DNA from: Balamuthia mandrillaris
Lineage: Eukaryota
Length of the DNA: 64,000 nucleotides
Direction of reading: 5' to 3'
Assembly: GCA_031835245.2 (NCBI GenBank)
Contig: JAVKOQ020000047.1
Location: forward strand, 124,001-188,000
Every line of letters begins with the position of its first letter. Position 1 is the first letter of the stretch. Positions 14,109 to 26,290 of this stretch are shown one piece after another. Position numbers and translations under genes: made by a program. The notes below the pieces were generated by a model, which searched no databases, was not told the DNA's origin, and was given only the letters and a program-made list of their open reading frames with translations.

Positions 14109-16058
14109 GTCTCAGGTTTCTCTAACCTCTGCATCCCACCTATCAGTTCTCTGGATGACGGGTTCAGCAATAAACCATCGTTCGAATGGCGGGACTCTGC
14201 CGACGCTTTCATTCCGAAGAAACGGTGAAAGAGAAGTGCCGAACACCTCCAAAAGAGAGGAAACAGCCCAAGCCCTCAGTAAGTGCACATCTGCCCATTC
14301 CTTCCTGCCTCTCTTCATTCTGTATTAATAAGGTCATTCTCAAAGTCGCGCTTGAGAGCTCTGTACTGCAATGTAGTGGTTATGTTTCTTTCTTCGGAAA
14401 CACGTTCCTCAGCCCTTGTTCGTATACTCCCCGCAGCCTTCTTTCTTTCGTTATCGTGTACTTAATATTTGCTTTTTCTCATCCTTCTTCCGGTTCTTAT
14501 GCTCTTCGTGTTCTTCCTGTTCTTCTTTTTCAAAACAGACATGATTAGCCTGACTCAGGAATCCAACTTGGAGTTGGACTATCCCATCATGTTGCAAGAC
14601 AACAACATCAACTCCATAATCTCCTGCCAAAACTCTTCCCTTCTCTCTCCCGATCGTTGCACCTCTGGCCCTTGTTCTTTCTGCACCTCTCCCAATTCGC
14701 CCTCCATTTCTTGGGAAGTGCCTTCTCTCTACAACAGAGTCTTTGAGCGAGACGCAGCAACTGGTGGTGAGACCATGAAAGAATGGGTGGTAATGGATGT
14801 TGGTTACCACGAGATCACGGCACTGCTCTCCTCTCCTGCTTCTGCTGGATTCACTGTTCATCCACAGGTGGAAATGGATTCAGCAGCCAACAACCTTCTT
14901 CACCTCAACACCACCAACCTGGTCATCGAAGGCGGATCTACCACGTCCACTTTTGCCTTCACCATCACTCCACAAGAACAAGCGCCTGGAAGCAATGCCA
15001 GGATAAGCATCTCCCTCCTCCCTTCCACAGCGAATGGAGGAGAGGAAGAACCTGCAGATGGACCTCCATACTTTTTGGCCTACCCTTTCCAAGTGAACAT
15101 CATTCACACGAGCAAGATGTATTCCTCTCCCAACAACAACCTTCGGGTGACCTTTCCTTTGAACAACCCTGATCACATCCTTTGGCCTTCCACCTCGTCT
15201 TCTGCCGGAGGGGGGAAGAGCAGTGGAGAGCTATCTTTGAATGCCAGATTCGGACGGTTGGAGGAAGTGAATGGAGAAGAGGTGACAAAGAGTTACAGAT
15301 TGTCGGAGCTGTTGTGGGAGTCCTCCTCTTCTTCTGGCACTCAAGTCAGTTTCGTGGCCGATCTTTCTCTTCCTCACACTCATTCGACATCGTACTCCTC
15401 TTTCACCGACAACAACAATGCAACTATCGGATTGAACTTCACCATGATCGAAGAAGGGAGCAGCCGTGCCTTTGGAGCAGGCCGAGTGTTGGAGTTTGAT
15501 GAGGACAGCGTGAAATGGAGTCTCTGGGTGGAAGGATGGAACTGGCAAAACACATCCAATGTGTTGCGGTTGGAGTGGAGTCTTCAAAGCCAAGACGGCC
15601 CTTTTCTTTCTATTGTGGAGGAGAACACGGAAGAAGAAGAAGAAGTGGGAGAAGAGTTCCTGTTGCGGACCAATCGCACGGAAGCTCGCCTGAGAGTGGT
15701 GAGTGTTGCATTGGCCGATGGAGAAGAACACCCGACCACAACTGAAATCCTGGAAGCAGATGGAGAAGACGGAGGAGTCAAAGTGGTGTTGACTCTGCCT
15801 TGGTTCGAGGAGTTCCTTCTCTTCGATCCGGACATGTCTCTTCTGGTCCCTTCTGGCGATGATGAGGAAGAGAAAGGAGAAAGCGAGGAAGAAGATGATT
15901 TGTGGTGGAAGGTCACCGTTCCCATTGTGGTCGTGGCAGTGGTGGTGGTGGCTCTCCTCGTTGCTTTGGGAGGTTACCTTCATCACAAGCGACGAAGAAC
16001 GAGCAACAAGAAACGGGTCATGTCCCGGTTGAACAGCGGCGAGGCAAGCACGGCTTGA
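12731..16058 (+). CDS. Type-I membrane surface protein, family copy 1 (signal peptide, beta-helix-like repeats, Calx-beta-like, ComC-like supersandwich, TM)
   Basis: Signal MRSCLVSLLLFAVSLSAG; N-terminal WVDSTASCPCSGSVNSPYASVVEAV...GDTINVLPGFYP; last exon KWSLWVEGWNW...LPWF...FDPDMSLL, acidic linker, LWWKVTVPIVVVAVV TM, basic tail. Confidence 0.75.
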
Positions 16059-16142
16059 ACAACAATTCCTGCGAGTGAGGAAGAGAAGAACGGGTGGGTC
16101 TATATTATTTGAAACATTTTATTTAAAAGGGTTTTACAGTGC

Positions 16143-17003
16143 TCAAAAGAATAGACTCAGCAAAGTGTTGGCAGCAGAGCCATCATCCCCGTCCTCTGCC
16201 CCATCATCACCGGAGCTGTTGTTAGAAGAGTTCGAGCCATCTTCACCATCCGCAGAGGAGCTGGAGGGATCCGCTTCCTCCTTGGTGAAGCCTTCCACCG
16301 CGATTGCAAAGACTTGCTCCCACTTGGGCGTTATCAGATCCCTCTTGGAGGGTTCGTCGGGGTCAACAGACACAAAGTCCCAACCGAGAAAGACCAGATG
16401 GCCCTCTCCTCGGCTCACCGACATCACCGTGCATATGGTATTAATCGTGTAATAGCAGACTTGATCGACCGTTCCAGTAAACACGAACTCGCTCGCACGG
16501 AGAGCTTCCAACGTTTCAGGAGCGGCCTCGAAGGGAGTGCCCGTGGCGTCTGGAGTCTTGTCAGAGCTGAGGTCCCATGTGATTGTTGGCGCCGCCCATC
16601 CGAGCTGGAATGTCTGGTTGCAGAGGACAGAAGAAGAGCTCCACACGATGACTCCTCCTTCCTCCATAAAAGTGTTGAGTGCTTGGGTCACCGCCTCGGA
16701 GAACCCGCTTACGACCATGCCTTGGTTCACTGCAGGAAAGACAAAGACAGAAACGGAGGACAGGACTTGGGACCAGGTTTCCTCGTCCTCCACAGAGTCC
16801 ACGGTGGAGATGGTGTGTTCCCCGTCCTCCAAGAGTCGCGCCATGAGGGCTCCTCCCCCTTCGTAGCCCTCATAGGAGTCGATCGGCTCCTCCACCTTCT
16901 GGTTGGTGAGAAGGGGGTCGGCAAGGAGACCCACTCTCAACCCACTCACTGCCCCGAACAGGCAGGCAGCCAGCAGAACCAACAGCACAGTCGCGCGTGT
17001 CAT
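16143..17003 (-). CDS. Intronless secreted or surface protein with a class-I glutamine amidotransferase-like (flavodoxin-like) fold, inferred
   Basis: Signal MTRATVLLVLLAACLFGAVSG; core VFVFPAV...ALNTFMEEGGVIV...VSRGEGHLVFLGWDF; S/G/D/N-rich tail ending in hydrophobic NTLLSLFF. Confidence 0.65.
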   Translation of the reverse strand: MTRATVLLVLLAACLFGAVSGLRVGLLADPLLTNQKVEEPIDSYEGYEGGGALMARLLEDGEHTISTVDSVEDEETWSQVLSSVSVFVFPAVNQGMVVSGFSEAVTQALNTFMEEGGVIVWSSSSVLCNQTFQLGWAAPTITWDLSSDKTPDATGTPFEAAPETLEALRASEFVFTGTVDQVCYYTINTICTVMSVSRGEGHLVFLGWDFVSVDPDEPSKRDLITPKWEQVFAIAVEGFTKEEADPSSSSADGEDGSNSSNNSSGDDGAEDGDDGSAANTLLSLFF

Positions 17004-17186
17004 CCGATGGTATATGTTCGTGTGCGTGTGGTCGAGAACAAGCGATGAGGAGAAGGAGAGGGCTTGTGTTTCGTCGGCAAAGAAAATTGTTGAAAATGAA
17101 CCACATTGCAAGAGCGGAGAGTTAATTCATTGAGGTATCGGGATAGGCAGGCAGTGCAGGTGGGGTCAACGACTCAACAAAAAACC

Positions 17187-17918
17187 GGATCGCATCGCCG
17201 AAAGGCTATTCCTGTTTAAGCAACAATGTTGTTCGATGCCTCAGGATTGCCTATGAGCATATGGCCAGAAAATAAAAAGATGAATGTTTTTAAAACCTCC
17301 ATTCTTCAAAAAATTCAGTCAGCCACCGCCAAAAGCAAGGACTGTCCCCTCTTTCTCGAGAGCGTTCTGCTGCTGCTTTCTCATCCGTTTAAATCTTCTT
17401 TTTTTTAGAGCCAACCACTTTGTTATCCTCACTACGGTTTTAAACAGCTCTCTCCCAATAGACCGTTCTCAACATCCGTACATTCTCGCCTCGCCACCTT
17501 CTCTGCTCTTCGTAGTTCTCTTCTCTTCATCCTTCAATCCCATCTCGATTGTTTATGTCGTTACGGCCTAGCTTCAGTCAATTACTATTTAAACCACCAA
17601 AAAGAGCGAAAGAGGCTCAGGTGAATGCAACGCAACGCTATCATACCGTTTCCTTCGTTCTCCAGAGAGACATCTCTGTTGGTTCCTTCTGGTGACGAAG
17701 AGGATGAAGAGGAGGAAGCCAAAGAAGAAACGAGTTGTATCTTCAGGGCACAGTTCCTATTGTGTTGGTGGTGGTGGTGGCGGTGGTGAGCCTCCTCCTC
17801 GCTTTCGTGGTATACCTTCACAACAAGCGAAAAGGTTTATAACGTGGGGAACTTGGGAGATCATCAGCAATCCGAGGGATCGCATCGCCGAAAGGCTATT
17901 CCTGTTTAAGCAACAATG
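17187..17918. repeat. 42-bp perfect direct repeat (17187-17228 and 17877-17918)
   Basis: GGATCGCATCGCCGAAAGGCTATTCCTGTTTAAGCAACAATG occurs twice, 690 bp apart. Confidence 0.92.
17640..17830 (+). pseudogene. Decayed 3' fragment of the surface-protein family (linker + TM)
   Basis: gacatctctgttggttccttctggtgacgaagaggatgaag...cacagttcctattgtgttggtggtggtg...taccttcacaacaagcga aligns with copy 1 at ~15831-15992 but carries indels. Confidence 0.7.
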
Positions 17919-17991
17919 ACTCCTTTTGGGCAGGAAGGCGCCTTTTCGATGGATAACGAAAAAAAGTAAAGCGGAAGTTTGAACGCAGAGG

Positions 17992-18066
17992 ATGGTGCAC
18001 CGCCAGGTCCTGACTTGCTTTACACTTCTTTGTGTGGTCTCCATGAACAAACTCGGGACATGTATC

Positions 18067-18104
<38 letters not shown>

Positions 18105-21100
18105 TTCTCTTTCTTTCGCGTATGTCTTATTTGGGGATGCGTACGGATAACAATAGGGGCTGTCGATGTCAAAGTCGATGAGTCCTCGATATGCGAGACA
18201 AGATGCTCTTTCTTAGGCGTTCCCTTTCACACTATCGAGCACGCCAAAGGTACCTGTTGCCCACCAGTCTGTCTCTTTCTCCTCTCTTCCCTCCTCTCGC
18301 ATCCTCTTACTTTCAAGCTCAAAAACCAAAACGGAGAACAGAGGCTGTCAAAGCGAACGATATGTTCAGGGTCTTGCTAGCTGCTGGTTCCTATAACTTT
18401 CCCACAAACTTCAACGTGGATGCTCAGCCTAACTATTTCTCCATCATGTACGAAACCTCTTTCTCTTGGCCTCTTTTGCGTTCTTTCCTCCCCTGTGTGA
18501 TAGCGTTTAGATGATCGTTGCTTGTGCCGCTGTTTTCTCTTGCATACTCTGATATATCTCTTCGAAGCGGGTCAGGGATAAACGCAACAACCCTCACAGG
18601 AGCAATACCTTTTTACACTGTGGACATAACTCTCAAAGACCTCACAATAGAGCCCTCTGAGAGCATCGGCATTGGAGGAGAACTCGCACTCGAAAGAGTT
18701 CACTTGAAGCACTTTCCTGTTCAACAAACGGGAAACCTAATAACTGCTAATGTGATCATCTCGGACAGCCCCACAGGAGCAGGTACACATTACAGAGAGT
18801 GCACCAGGTGAATTCTTTGTTAAACTCGTATCTTTTTCATGATAGTACATTTCCTGGGAGAAGAATGGCGCTCTTACGATGACCTTATGGTAGAAAACAT
18901 TGAAGACGGTTTGACCCATCTCCCTCTCTTTCTCTCGCTGACTTTCCTGCGTCTCTCTGCTGCTTTTTCTCCGCATCCGTTCTTCATGTCCTATTGCCTC
19001 TTCTCCTTGTGATTCTTCCTCGTCACAACAACCTGCTTCTTCACCATCAGCTCCTTCATCTTCTTGCATCCGTTCTGTTGTTTTTTAACGTGCAGCGAAA
19101 ACAAATAGTGGCTATACTGGTCGAAAGTTGGGCAGTGTGGCGGCAAATCGGTCGTGTGACCTTGCGTGCAGCTTCTCCGCTGGCCGTGTTGTTGTTGGGA
19201 ACTTGGGAGTGTGGTGAGGATGTTACCTTTGAGAACAACGATAACGGTATCTCTCTTTCTTCCTCTCTCGCCTCCTCCTCCTATGGCTGGAAACGGCACT
19301 CTAACAACCTATACCTTTCCTCCAAGCGGTGTGGGTTGTTCAGGAGGGAGTTTGGAATCAGTGGGGAGAGGTGCTCTTTCGGGGCAACCAGAACCGGTTT
19401 TATTCCTACTGGGGTGAATTGGGGACCGTAAATGGCAGTGACCTCGGTTAGCTCTTCTTCTGGGTGGTAGTTTACTAGTCTCTTATTAACGTTCTCATTC
19501 TTTTGGATTGCTTTTTCTTTCCAAAGTGTACGTCCACAATGCCACATGGAACAGCTACGCCCCAGTAGAGTTCCTGGATAACGATGTGTCATCAGAAGGT
19601 GTGCATCTCCTCTCTTCCAGTTCATTTGTCTCGTTCAACTTCTCTTACTGTTACTGGGTCTCTTTTTTAACTTGACCCACACAGCGCCTGTGAAACTGGT
19701 GTCCCATTCTTTTGTGCTTTCGACCTACACCATTGAAAACGACTTTGGGCGCAGTATGCCCCTCTTTTCCTGCGAGGATTCCCACCTGGTTGCTGCGGAG
19801 AGCTGCACCATCGAGTGCGGCTGCACACGTCGCCCGACCATCTCCATGAAGGCTCCTAATAACTACATAAGAAACAAGGAGGGAGCTCTTCTTGTTAACC
19901 CATCGGGCAACCTTACCGTTCTCCTCGAGTCCTCTGCAGCGCTAACCAGCCCCCTGACCGTCCGCTTCACCGTGGAGGATCCGAGAGAGGGAGGCGAGTC
20001 TTGGGTGGAGCCAAATACCGTGGACCTGCCCATGTACTCTAGCCACAGGGAGGTACAGCTCACCGTTAGGGGGTTTAGCGAAGGACAACAGTTCGGTCTG
20101 TCCCTCCAGCCCTACTTGAAAGTTGAGGCCGTCCAGGAGCCTGACTACATCATAGCTCATGAAGCAGCCCGTTTGGAACTGATCTACATCGCAGGGGGTG
20201 TTGCCCTTCCGAGCCTGGTGGCAGTGTTTCCCTCCTTGCTTCCCAACTTTGTGGCCGTTCCTGTTTCTAAGGAGGGGAACGTCCCCGAACCTGCTTCGGT
20301 AAGCTCCAACTTTCAGAGTTTGGTGGAGGTGGATCCGCTCAACGCGAATGCGCAAGTGAAGAGCCAACCGCTCCTCGGATTAACATGGGGCTCTTCGGCT
20401 TCCCTCGACGGAGTTTACACCTACTCCACCACCTTCACCCTCGATGGCTCCCCTGCCTCGACATCCGTTCGGCTGCTGTTTAGCCCGGCGGCTGCCGGGG
20501 AAGAAGTGGTCGTCAGGGACCAGACCGCTGTTCCTTTCCAGATGGACAGCCTGAAATGGACGTTGGAGGTGGAAGACTGGCCCTTTGGCGCTTCAACGAA
20601 CAAGCTCCTGCTGGAGACTTCTCTGGTGACTGGAGCAGAGAAGTGGGTTGATGTGGATGTCCGAGCTCCCACTCCTCTGAAAAAAGCCACTGATGATGAA
20701 GATGGAGAAGAGGAGAACTCCGAGGACTCCCACTTTGGCCCAGATAAAAGACGACGGTCCACTGGTAACTCCCGGCAGTTGCTAGAATGGAAGCTGACCG
20801 CTGAGGACAGCACCTCCTCCTTCCGAGCGTTGTCTTGGGCTTGGGTGGACGGCAACTTCACCACGGCTGAGCCTGTGGAGGTCCAACTGGAGCTTTCAGA
20901 GGCTGAAAAGAGCCAGATCATCGTTTCCTTCCTTCTGCCTCATTTCACGACATCATTGAGCTACGATCCTGACCTTTCGGTAACATTCGGCTCCGAGTCT
21001 GGAGAGGGAGAAGACGGAGGAGGGGATGATGCTTTATGGTGGAAAATCCTCGTTCCAGTGTTGTGCGTGTTGATGCTTCTGATAGTGGGCGGTATCATCG

Positions 21101-21171
21101 TAGCAGTCATATGGAGGGGCAAGCTGAACGAAAAGAAGAGAAAGAATAGAGGAGGATCTGTCAACTTCTAA
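17992..21171 (+). CDS. Type-I membrane surface protein, family copy 2
   Basis: Signal-like MVHRQVLTCFTLLCVVS; many short exons; last exon LKWTLEVEDWPFG...FRALSWAWVDG...LPHFTTSLSYDPDLSV, LWWKILVPVLCV TM. Start position approximate. Confidence 0.72.
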
Positions 21172-21269
21172 ACAATAGTAAAAACAATGCAGAGAAATGC
21201 TCAAAGAAGGGGTCGAGAACAGCGACTAACAAGGAGAATAAGGAAAGAAAGACCCACCCTGCTTTCTGC

Positions 21270-21440
21270 CTATTTCCCTGCTCTTTAGTTTACAGTCCTG
21301 CCCTACTTCTCCTTGACGTTGCGTTACGATCCAGACCTAACCGTTACCGTTCTGTTCAACGGAGGTGAAGCACGCCGGCGATGAGCTGCATTGTGGAGGC
21401 AGCTCTGGGTCGGAGTCATCTCCAGTGCTGGGCGTAGTTA
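21270..21440 (+). pseudogene. Second relic of the surface-protein C-terminus
   Basis: Translates FTVLPYFSLTLRYDPDLTVT, then degenerate GDE-LW...VPVL-like sequence with indels, immediately downstream of copy 2's stop. Confidence 0.6.
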
Positions 21441-21516
21441 GATACTATAGCTTTTTAAGCTGCATGTGACCTTGAACAGTTAAAACAAGAGGGATACAAA
21501 TAAATGTACCATAAGT

Positions 21517-22046
21517 TCATTTTTCAATTTGTTGTTGATCCAATAGTTGGAAAAGAGGCTCAAATATGCTTCGTGGAAAGAGTTCTTTGACGTCTCCTTT
21601 ACGTAAAGAATCTAATAACAATCGCTGGAGAGTTGCTCTTGAAGCAGGGCTGTCACTGAGTCGATGTATTCTGTTGCATAAACAAAAATATGTGAGACAA
21701 ATCTCAACAAACAACCAAAAAATTAAAAGTAAAATGAAAGAAGAAAGAGCAAAACGACGAAACGAACACAAAAAAAAAAAACAATGGAAAATGTTATCAA
21801 AGATATACCTGCAAAGTTCTTTGAGGTGCTCAAGCTCCATCATGCCCAACACCTCCTCATCACTGTCCGAAAAGCGGGCTATGTGCAACAAATATCGTGA
21901 CCAGGCGATGTGAGTCGTATAAAAACTAAGGTGCTTATTCTTGTATCGCGTCTTCCAAGGAATCGTTGGATCCAGAATTACTCTTGGCAGTCCAAATCTT
22001 TGGACGTAGAGATGCTTCCAAAATGTCTAAATGAGAGGGAGCGAGC

Positions 22047-22081
<35 letters not shown>

Positions 22082-23920
22082 GAGGAGGAGGAACAATAAG
22101 AACAAGAACAAGCATAAGAAGAACAAGAAGAAGCACAAGCACAGGACACAAACAAAGTGGATAGTGTAAAAATTTCAAACCTCATCTTGGAGCATGGAAT
22201 AAATTTGTTTACAGGTTTGAGAGTATCTGGCGATGTCGTCCAACGACAAATAAGCAGAATAGTTAAGTACAATTTCTGGAGGTATAACACTCCAAAAACT
22301 TTCTTGCTCAACATCTGTTCTCACTTTCTTTTGCGCTCGTGCTTCCTCTTCTCCTGCTTCTCCAGCGTCAGTTTCCTTTTCCTTTTCTCCTTCTTCTTTT
22401 TCTTTGCCTTTGCCTCGTCGTTCCTCTTCGTTGTCTCTCTTTCGCTTCTTTTCATAGTGCCCTTCTTCGCTTCCGGCTTCCTCTTCTTCTTGCTTCTTTT
22501 TCTTTTCCATTGCCTCTTCTTTCTCTCTTTCTTCCTGCTCTATTTCCATCGACCTCTTTTTGTGCTTGTATTTGACCCATCCTGCCTCAAATCTTCCTGG
22601 AACTACTGGTTTGTCATCTGTCCAACGGTCATCGTTGATAATGGTTGGAAAGGTGAATGGAAGAATGGGTCGCTTGTGGCGAGCATCTCGCAGCCATCGT
22701 TCCACAGCCATGCATCGCTTGGCCACTCGTTCTTCTAGTGGAAGTTTGGCTAAAGCAGGATGAGTACCTTTGACCTTTGAGTTTTATTTTTATTTTTAAT
22801 TTTTTTTAAGAAGAAGAAGAAGCAGAAGCAGAAGAAGAAGAAGAAGAAGCAGAAGAAGAAGAAGAAGAAGAAGAAGAAGAAGAAGAAGAAGAAGAAGAAG
22901 AAGAAGAAGAACAAGAAGAAGAAGAAGAAGAAGAAGAAGAAGAAGAAGAAGAAGAAGAAGAAGAAGAAGAACAAGAAGAAGCAAGAAGAAGAAGAAGAAG
23001 AAGAAGAACAAAAGAAGAAGAAGAACAAGAAGAAGAAGAAGAACAAGAAGAAGAAGAAGAAGAAGAAGAAAAGAAGAAGAAGAAGAAGAAGAAGAACAAG
23101 AAGAAGCACAAGAAGAACAAGAACGAAGAAGAACAAGAAGAACAAGAACGAAGAAGAACAAGAAGAAGAAGAAGAAGAAGAAGAAGAAGAAGAAGAAGAA
23201 GAAGAAGAAGAAGAAGAAGCACAAGAAGAAGCACAAGAAGAACAAGAAGAAGAAGAACAAGAAGAACAAGAACGAAGAAGAACAAGAAGAAGAAGAAGAA
23301 GAAGAAGAAGAAGAAGAACAAGAACGAATAAGAAGAACGAAGAACGAAGAAGAACGAAGAAGAAGAAGAACGAAGAAGAAGAAGAAGAACAAGAACAAGA
23401 AGAAGAAGAATAACGAAGAACAAAGAAGAACGAAGAAGAAGCAGAAGTTGAAGTAGAAGAACTAGAAGAAGAACAAGAGCATGAACAACAAAAAGGATGG
23501 TACCCAAAGCTCCAACTCAGGTAACCAACACAAAATATCAATAAGTCGTTGGATGAGTTCCTCCCTGTCTTCTGGCTGAACACAAAAGAAGCCTTCCATG
23601 TGTAGCAGGAGGAAACAAACAAAGACAAACTAAGTGGTAAGGCCACCCTTTTTCAAAAAAGATAAATACCAAAGCAACAACAACTCACCTTTGAAGTCGT
23701 GCCAGTAGACGGCCACTACGTTGTTGCGAGCCTTGGGGATGAAGCACGCGATGTGAAAGGTGCGGGAGGACACGCCACCAGCGCCCCTGCTGTTCCTCCT
23801 GCGGCTTCTCTCCCTGATCCTCGCGGTGCCCACATGAATGGTGGCGCTGCAGTTCTTGCACAGGGACCTGTCGCTCGGCGAGTACTCGATCTCCCACCAG
23901 CCGTGCACGCTGCTACTCAT
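21517..23920 (-). CDS. PARP-type zinc finger + F-box-like protein, multi-exon
   Basis: Exon 1 WEIEYSPSDRSLCKNCSATIHVGTARI...FHIACF matches the zf-PARP CxxC...HxxC pattern. Later exon SFWSVIPPEIVLNYSAYLSLDDIARYSQTCKQIYSML matches the F-box consensus after a K/E/R-rich NLS-like tract. Confidence 0.7.
22806..23480. repeat. ~670-bp compound (GAA)/(GAACAA) microsatellite inside an intron
   Basis: Visible array; lies between exons of the zf-PARP/F-box gene. Confidence 0.9.
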
Positions 23921-24221
23921 TTTTTTTGTTTTTTTTCGTTGTGTGTTGATTTTTTGAAACTGACGTGTGCAGTTGCCTTAAATGAAGTTGGTGATGTGTG
24001 AAATTCCCAAAATTCGAATTGAGATTAATCTATTTTTTGCCGATGATTGATCTCTGCTAAACAAATGGGCAATTCTTATCTCCTTCTTCTTCCTTCTTGT
24101 TCTTGTTCTTCTTGTTCTTATTCTCTTCTCTTCTTCTTCTTCTTCTTCTCTTCTTTTCGTTTTACTTCTCCTTTCTTCGTCTTTCTCCTTCGTCTTTCTC
24201 CTCAGGTGATTACGTTCAGAG

Positions 24222-25979
24222 TCACACCTTCTGTAATACGAAACTCAAATACTGCAATTAACAAACAACCAGCAAAGCGTGAGTAAATGTTTAAGAAATA
24301 AAACAACAACAAAATGGGAAGCAGCTAGGTCCTTTCTCTTACCTTTGTTTCTCCTCTTTCAAATGAGACACGCATGTTGGTTCCTTCTAATGCATAAGCT
24401 CCTTTGGCAAAGCCTTTGAAAAAGGAATGTAGGTAGCCTTGTTTGGCGAATGTCTCCTCGATCAACTTTCTTTTTCGTGCTTCGTCCAGTTGCAAAGAGC
24501 GTAGAACATTTGGCGTTATGTCCTCTTCGTTCAGCATCTGCCAGGGTAATGGAACAATGGTTAGATAAAACAGCACAGGGAAGCTAAGAGGACCGAGGAC
24601 AAAAGTAATAAGATTAAGGAAGAAGATAAGGAGAAGGGGAATAAGCAGAACTTGCAGAACAAGAAGGAGAACAGCAAAAAAACAAAGACAAAGAGGAGAC
24701 CTTTAGACCGCTCTCCTTCAATTGCTCTCTAAGAATGTTGGCAGACTCTGTCTTGACAAAACCAGCCATTGTGAAGTAACCGCCTTTGCACAAGACTCGC
24801 CTCACTTCGGACAGGAACTTTGACATCGAACCATAGCAGTGCGCACTTTCCACATTCATTACTTTGGTGCAAAAGTGTTGAATAAGTGAAACAAAGAAAA
24901 GCATAAGCATAAAAGCAAATGATAATTGCCACAGAGAAACAGAAGAAGAACAAGAAGAAGAAGAAGAAGAAGAAGAAGAAGAAGAAGCACAAGAAGAAGA
25001 AGAAGAACAACAAGAACAAGAAGAACAAGAACAAGAACAAGAACAAGAAGAAGAAGGAGAAGAACAAGACGAAGAAGAACAAGAAGAACAAGAACACTAA
25101 GAAAAGCCGACTTCTTCTTCAACCGTCAAAGATTTTGATGGAATGACGATGTTTTTTCTTGTGAGCAGAGGGAGAAGGAGAAGGAGAAGGAGAAGAAGAA
25201 GGAAAAGGATGTAACAAACCAACGTCTTTGGAAGAAGAAGGCACGTTGACCAAGTTCTCAGCGTCCCCCTGTTGAAACTCAAGGTTGTACCTCCTCTCTC
25301 CAGCCTCATCCTCGCCTTGCTTCTGGCAATGCCGTCGACGACAAAACTCGACTGCAGAACTGGAAAAGTCAACACCTAGCAGGTGTTTTGGTCGTAACAC
25401 TCGACCCACGAAAGCTGCACCTCCACCTCTTCCCGACCCTATCTCTAAAATTTCTTTATCGCTCAGGTCTCCTCCAAAGGGAGTGGCAGCCGCCACGTGA
25501 AGGTACAATCGAAGCCCATAGTATTCTCCTCCTGTTTCTCCTTCGTCTGTCTGATGTTCCAGCTTCAGCATGGCGAGAGCTTCTTTGAACGCAGCATCTT
25601 CTGAAGGAGCAGAAGAGGAAGACGAGAGGTCGGCGTAACCGTAGTTCATACAAGTCCAAAACGGTTGCGGATAGAACCGACCGAGATATTCATACAGCAA
25701 ACGGCTGCCCCATCTTCTTGCAGAACCGATGATGCCTCCCTTGCTTTTGGTGGCAAAAAAGGAAATGAACACAGAAACGATGGTTATGAAGGAAAGCGTT
25801 ACCAAAGGGTACCCATAACAAGAAAAGCAAAAGACAAAAGATACAAGAACCAACCCAGCAATTCCTTTCGTCACCAATTGAGTGGGATGAAGCCAGTCCC
25901 GTTCGCTGAACGTTTTGCGACCAAGAATCATTGCACCGAGCAAGCCCATGCCAACACACGCCGACCACAGCAGCCACAT
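24222..25979 (-). CDS. Class I SAM-dependent methyltransferase (resembles actinobacterial phthiotriol/fatty-acid O-methyltransferases) with N-terminal TM segments
   Basis: MNYGY, LYLHVA, ILEIGSGRGGGAAFV, LGVDFSSSAVEFCRRRH, FQQGDAENL, DVVMNVESAHCYGSMSKFLSEVRRVL, EDITPNVLRSLQLD; last exon YLSFVLQKV*. Confidence 0.82.
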
Positions 25980-26290
25980 CGTGTTTATGTTGTTTTAGAG
26001 CGTTCTTTTGCAATGGCTTCTTCTTTTGTTCGTTTCTTTTATGAAGAGTTTCTCATCACGTGACGTGCTTTTATTTTCCTAAATGCCGAATGACGTCATG
26101 AACGGATAAGGAAAATTTTGCGTCACCGGGTATATTTGAACTATTAGGTTCTTATGTGGAGAGGAGAGAAGACATGAGTTTCTGCAAATATTTGGGTGGG
26201 AAGACAAGAGATATTTCAAAGGCACCGGGAGGAGCACCCAACCTATTATATAATTAAGGTACTTTTTTTTTCCTTTGCTTCTTAATAAGA

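Noticed and set aside
22750..23646. Long poly-F/L/S/R ORFs in the ORF track (also 8439-9383, 11303-11928, 36497-37079, 42275-43194)
   Set aside because: These are translations of stop-free microsatellites in introns or antisense to coding repeats.
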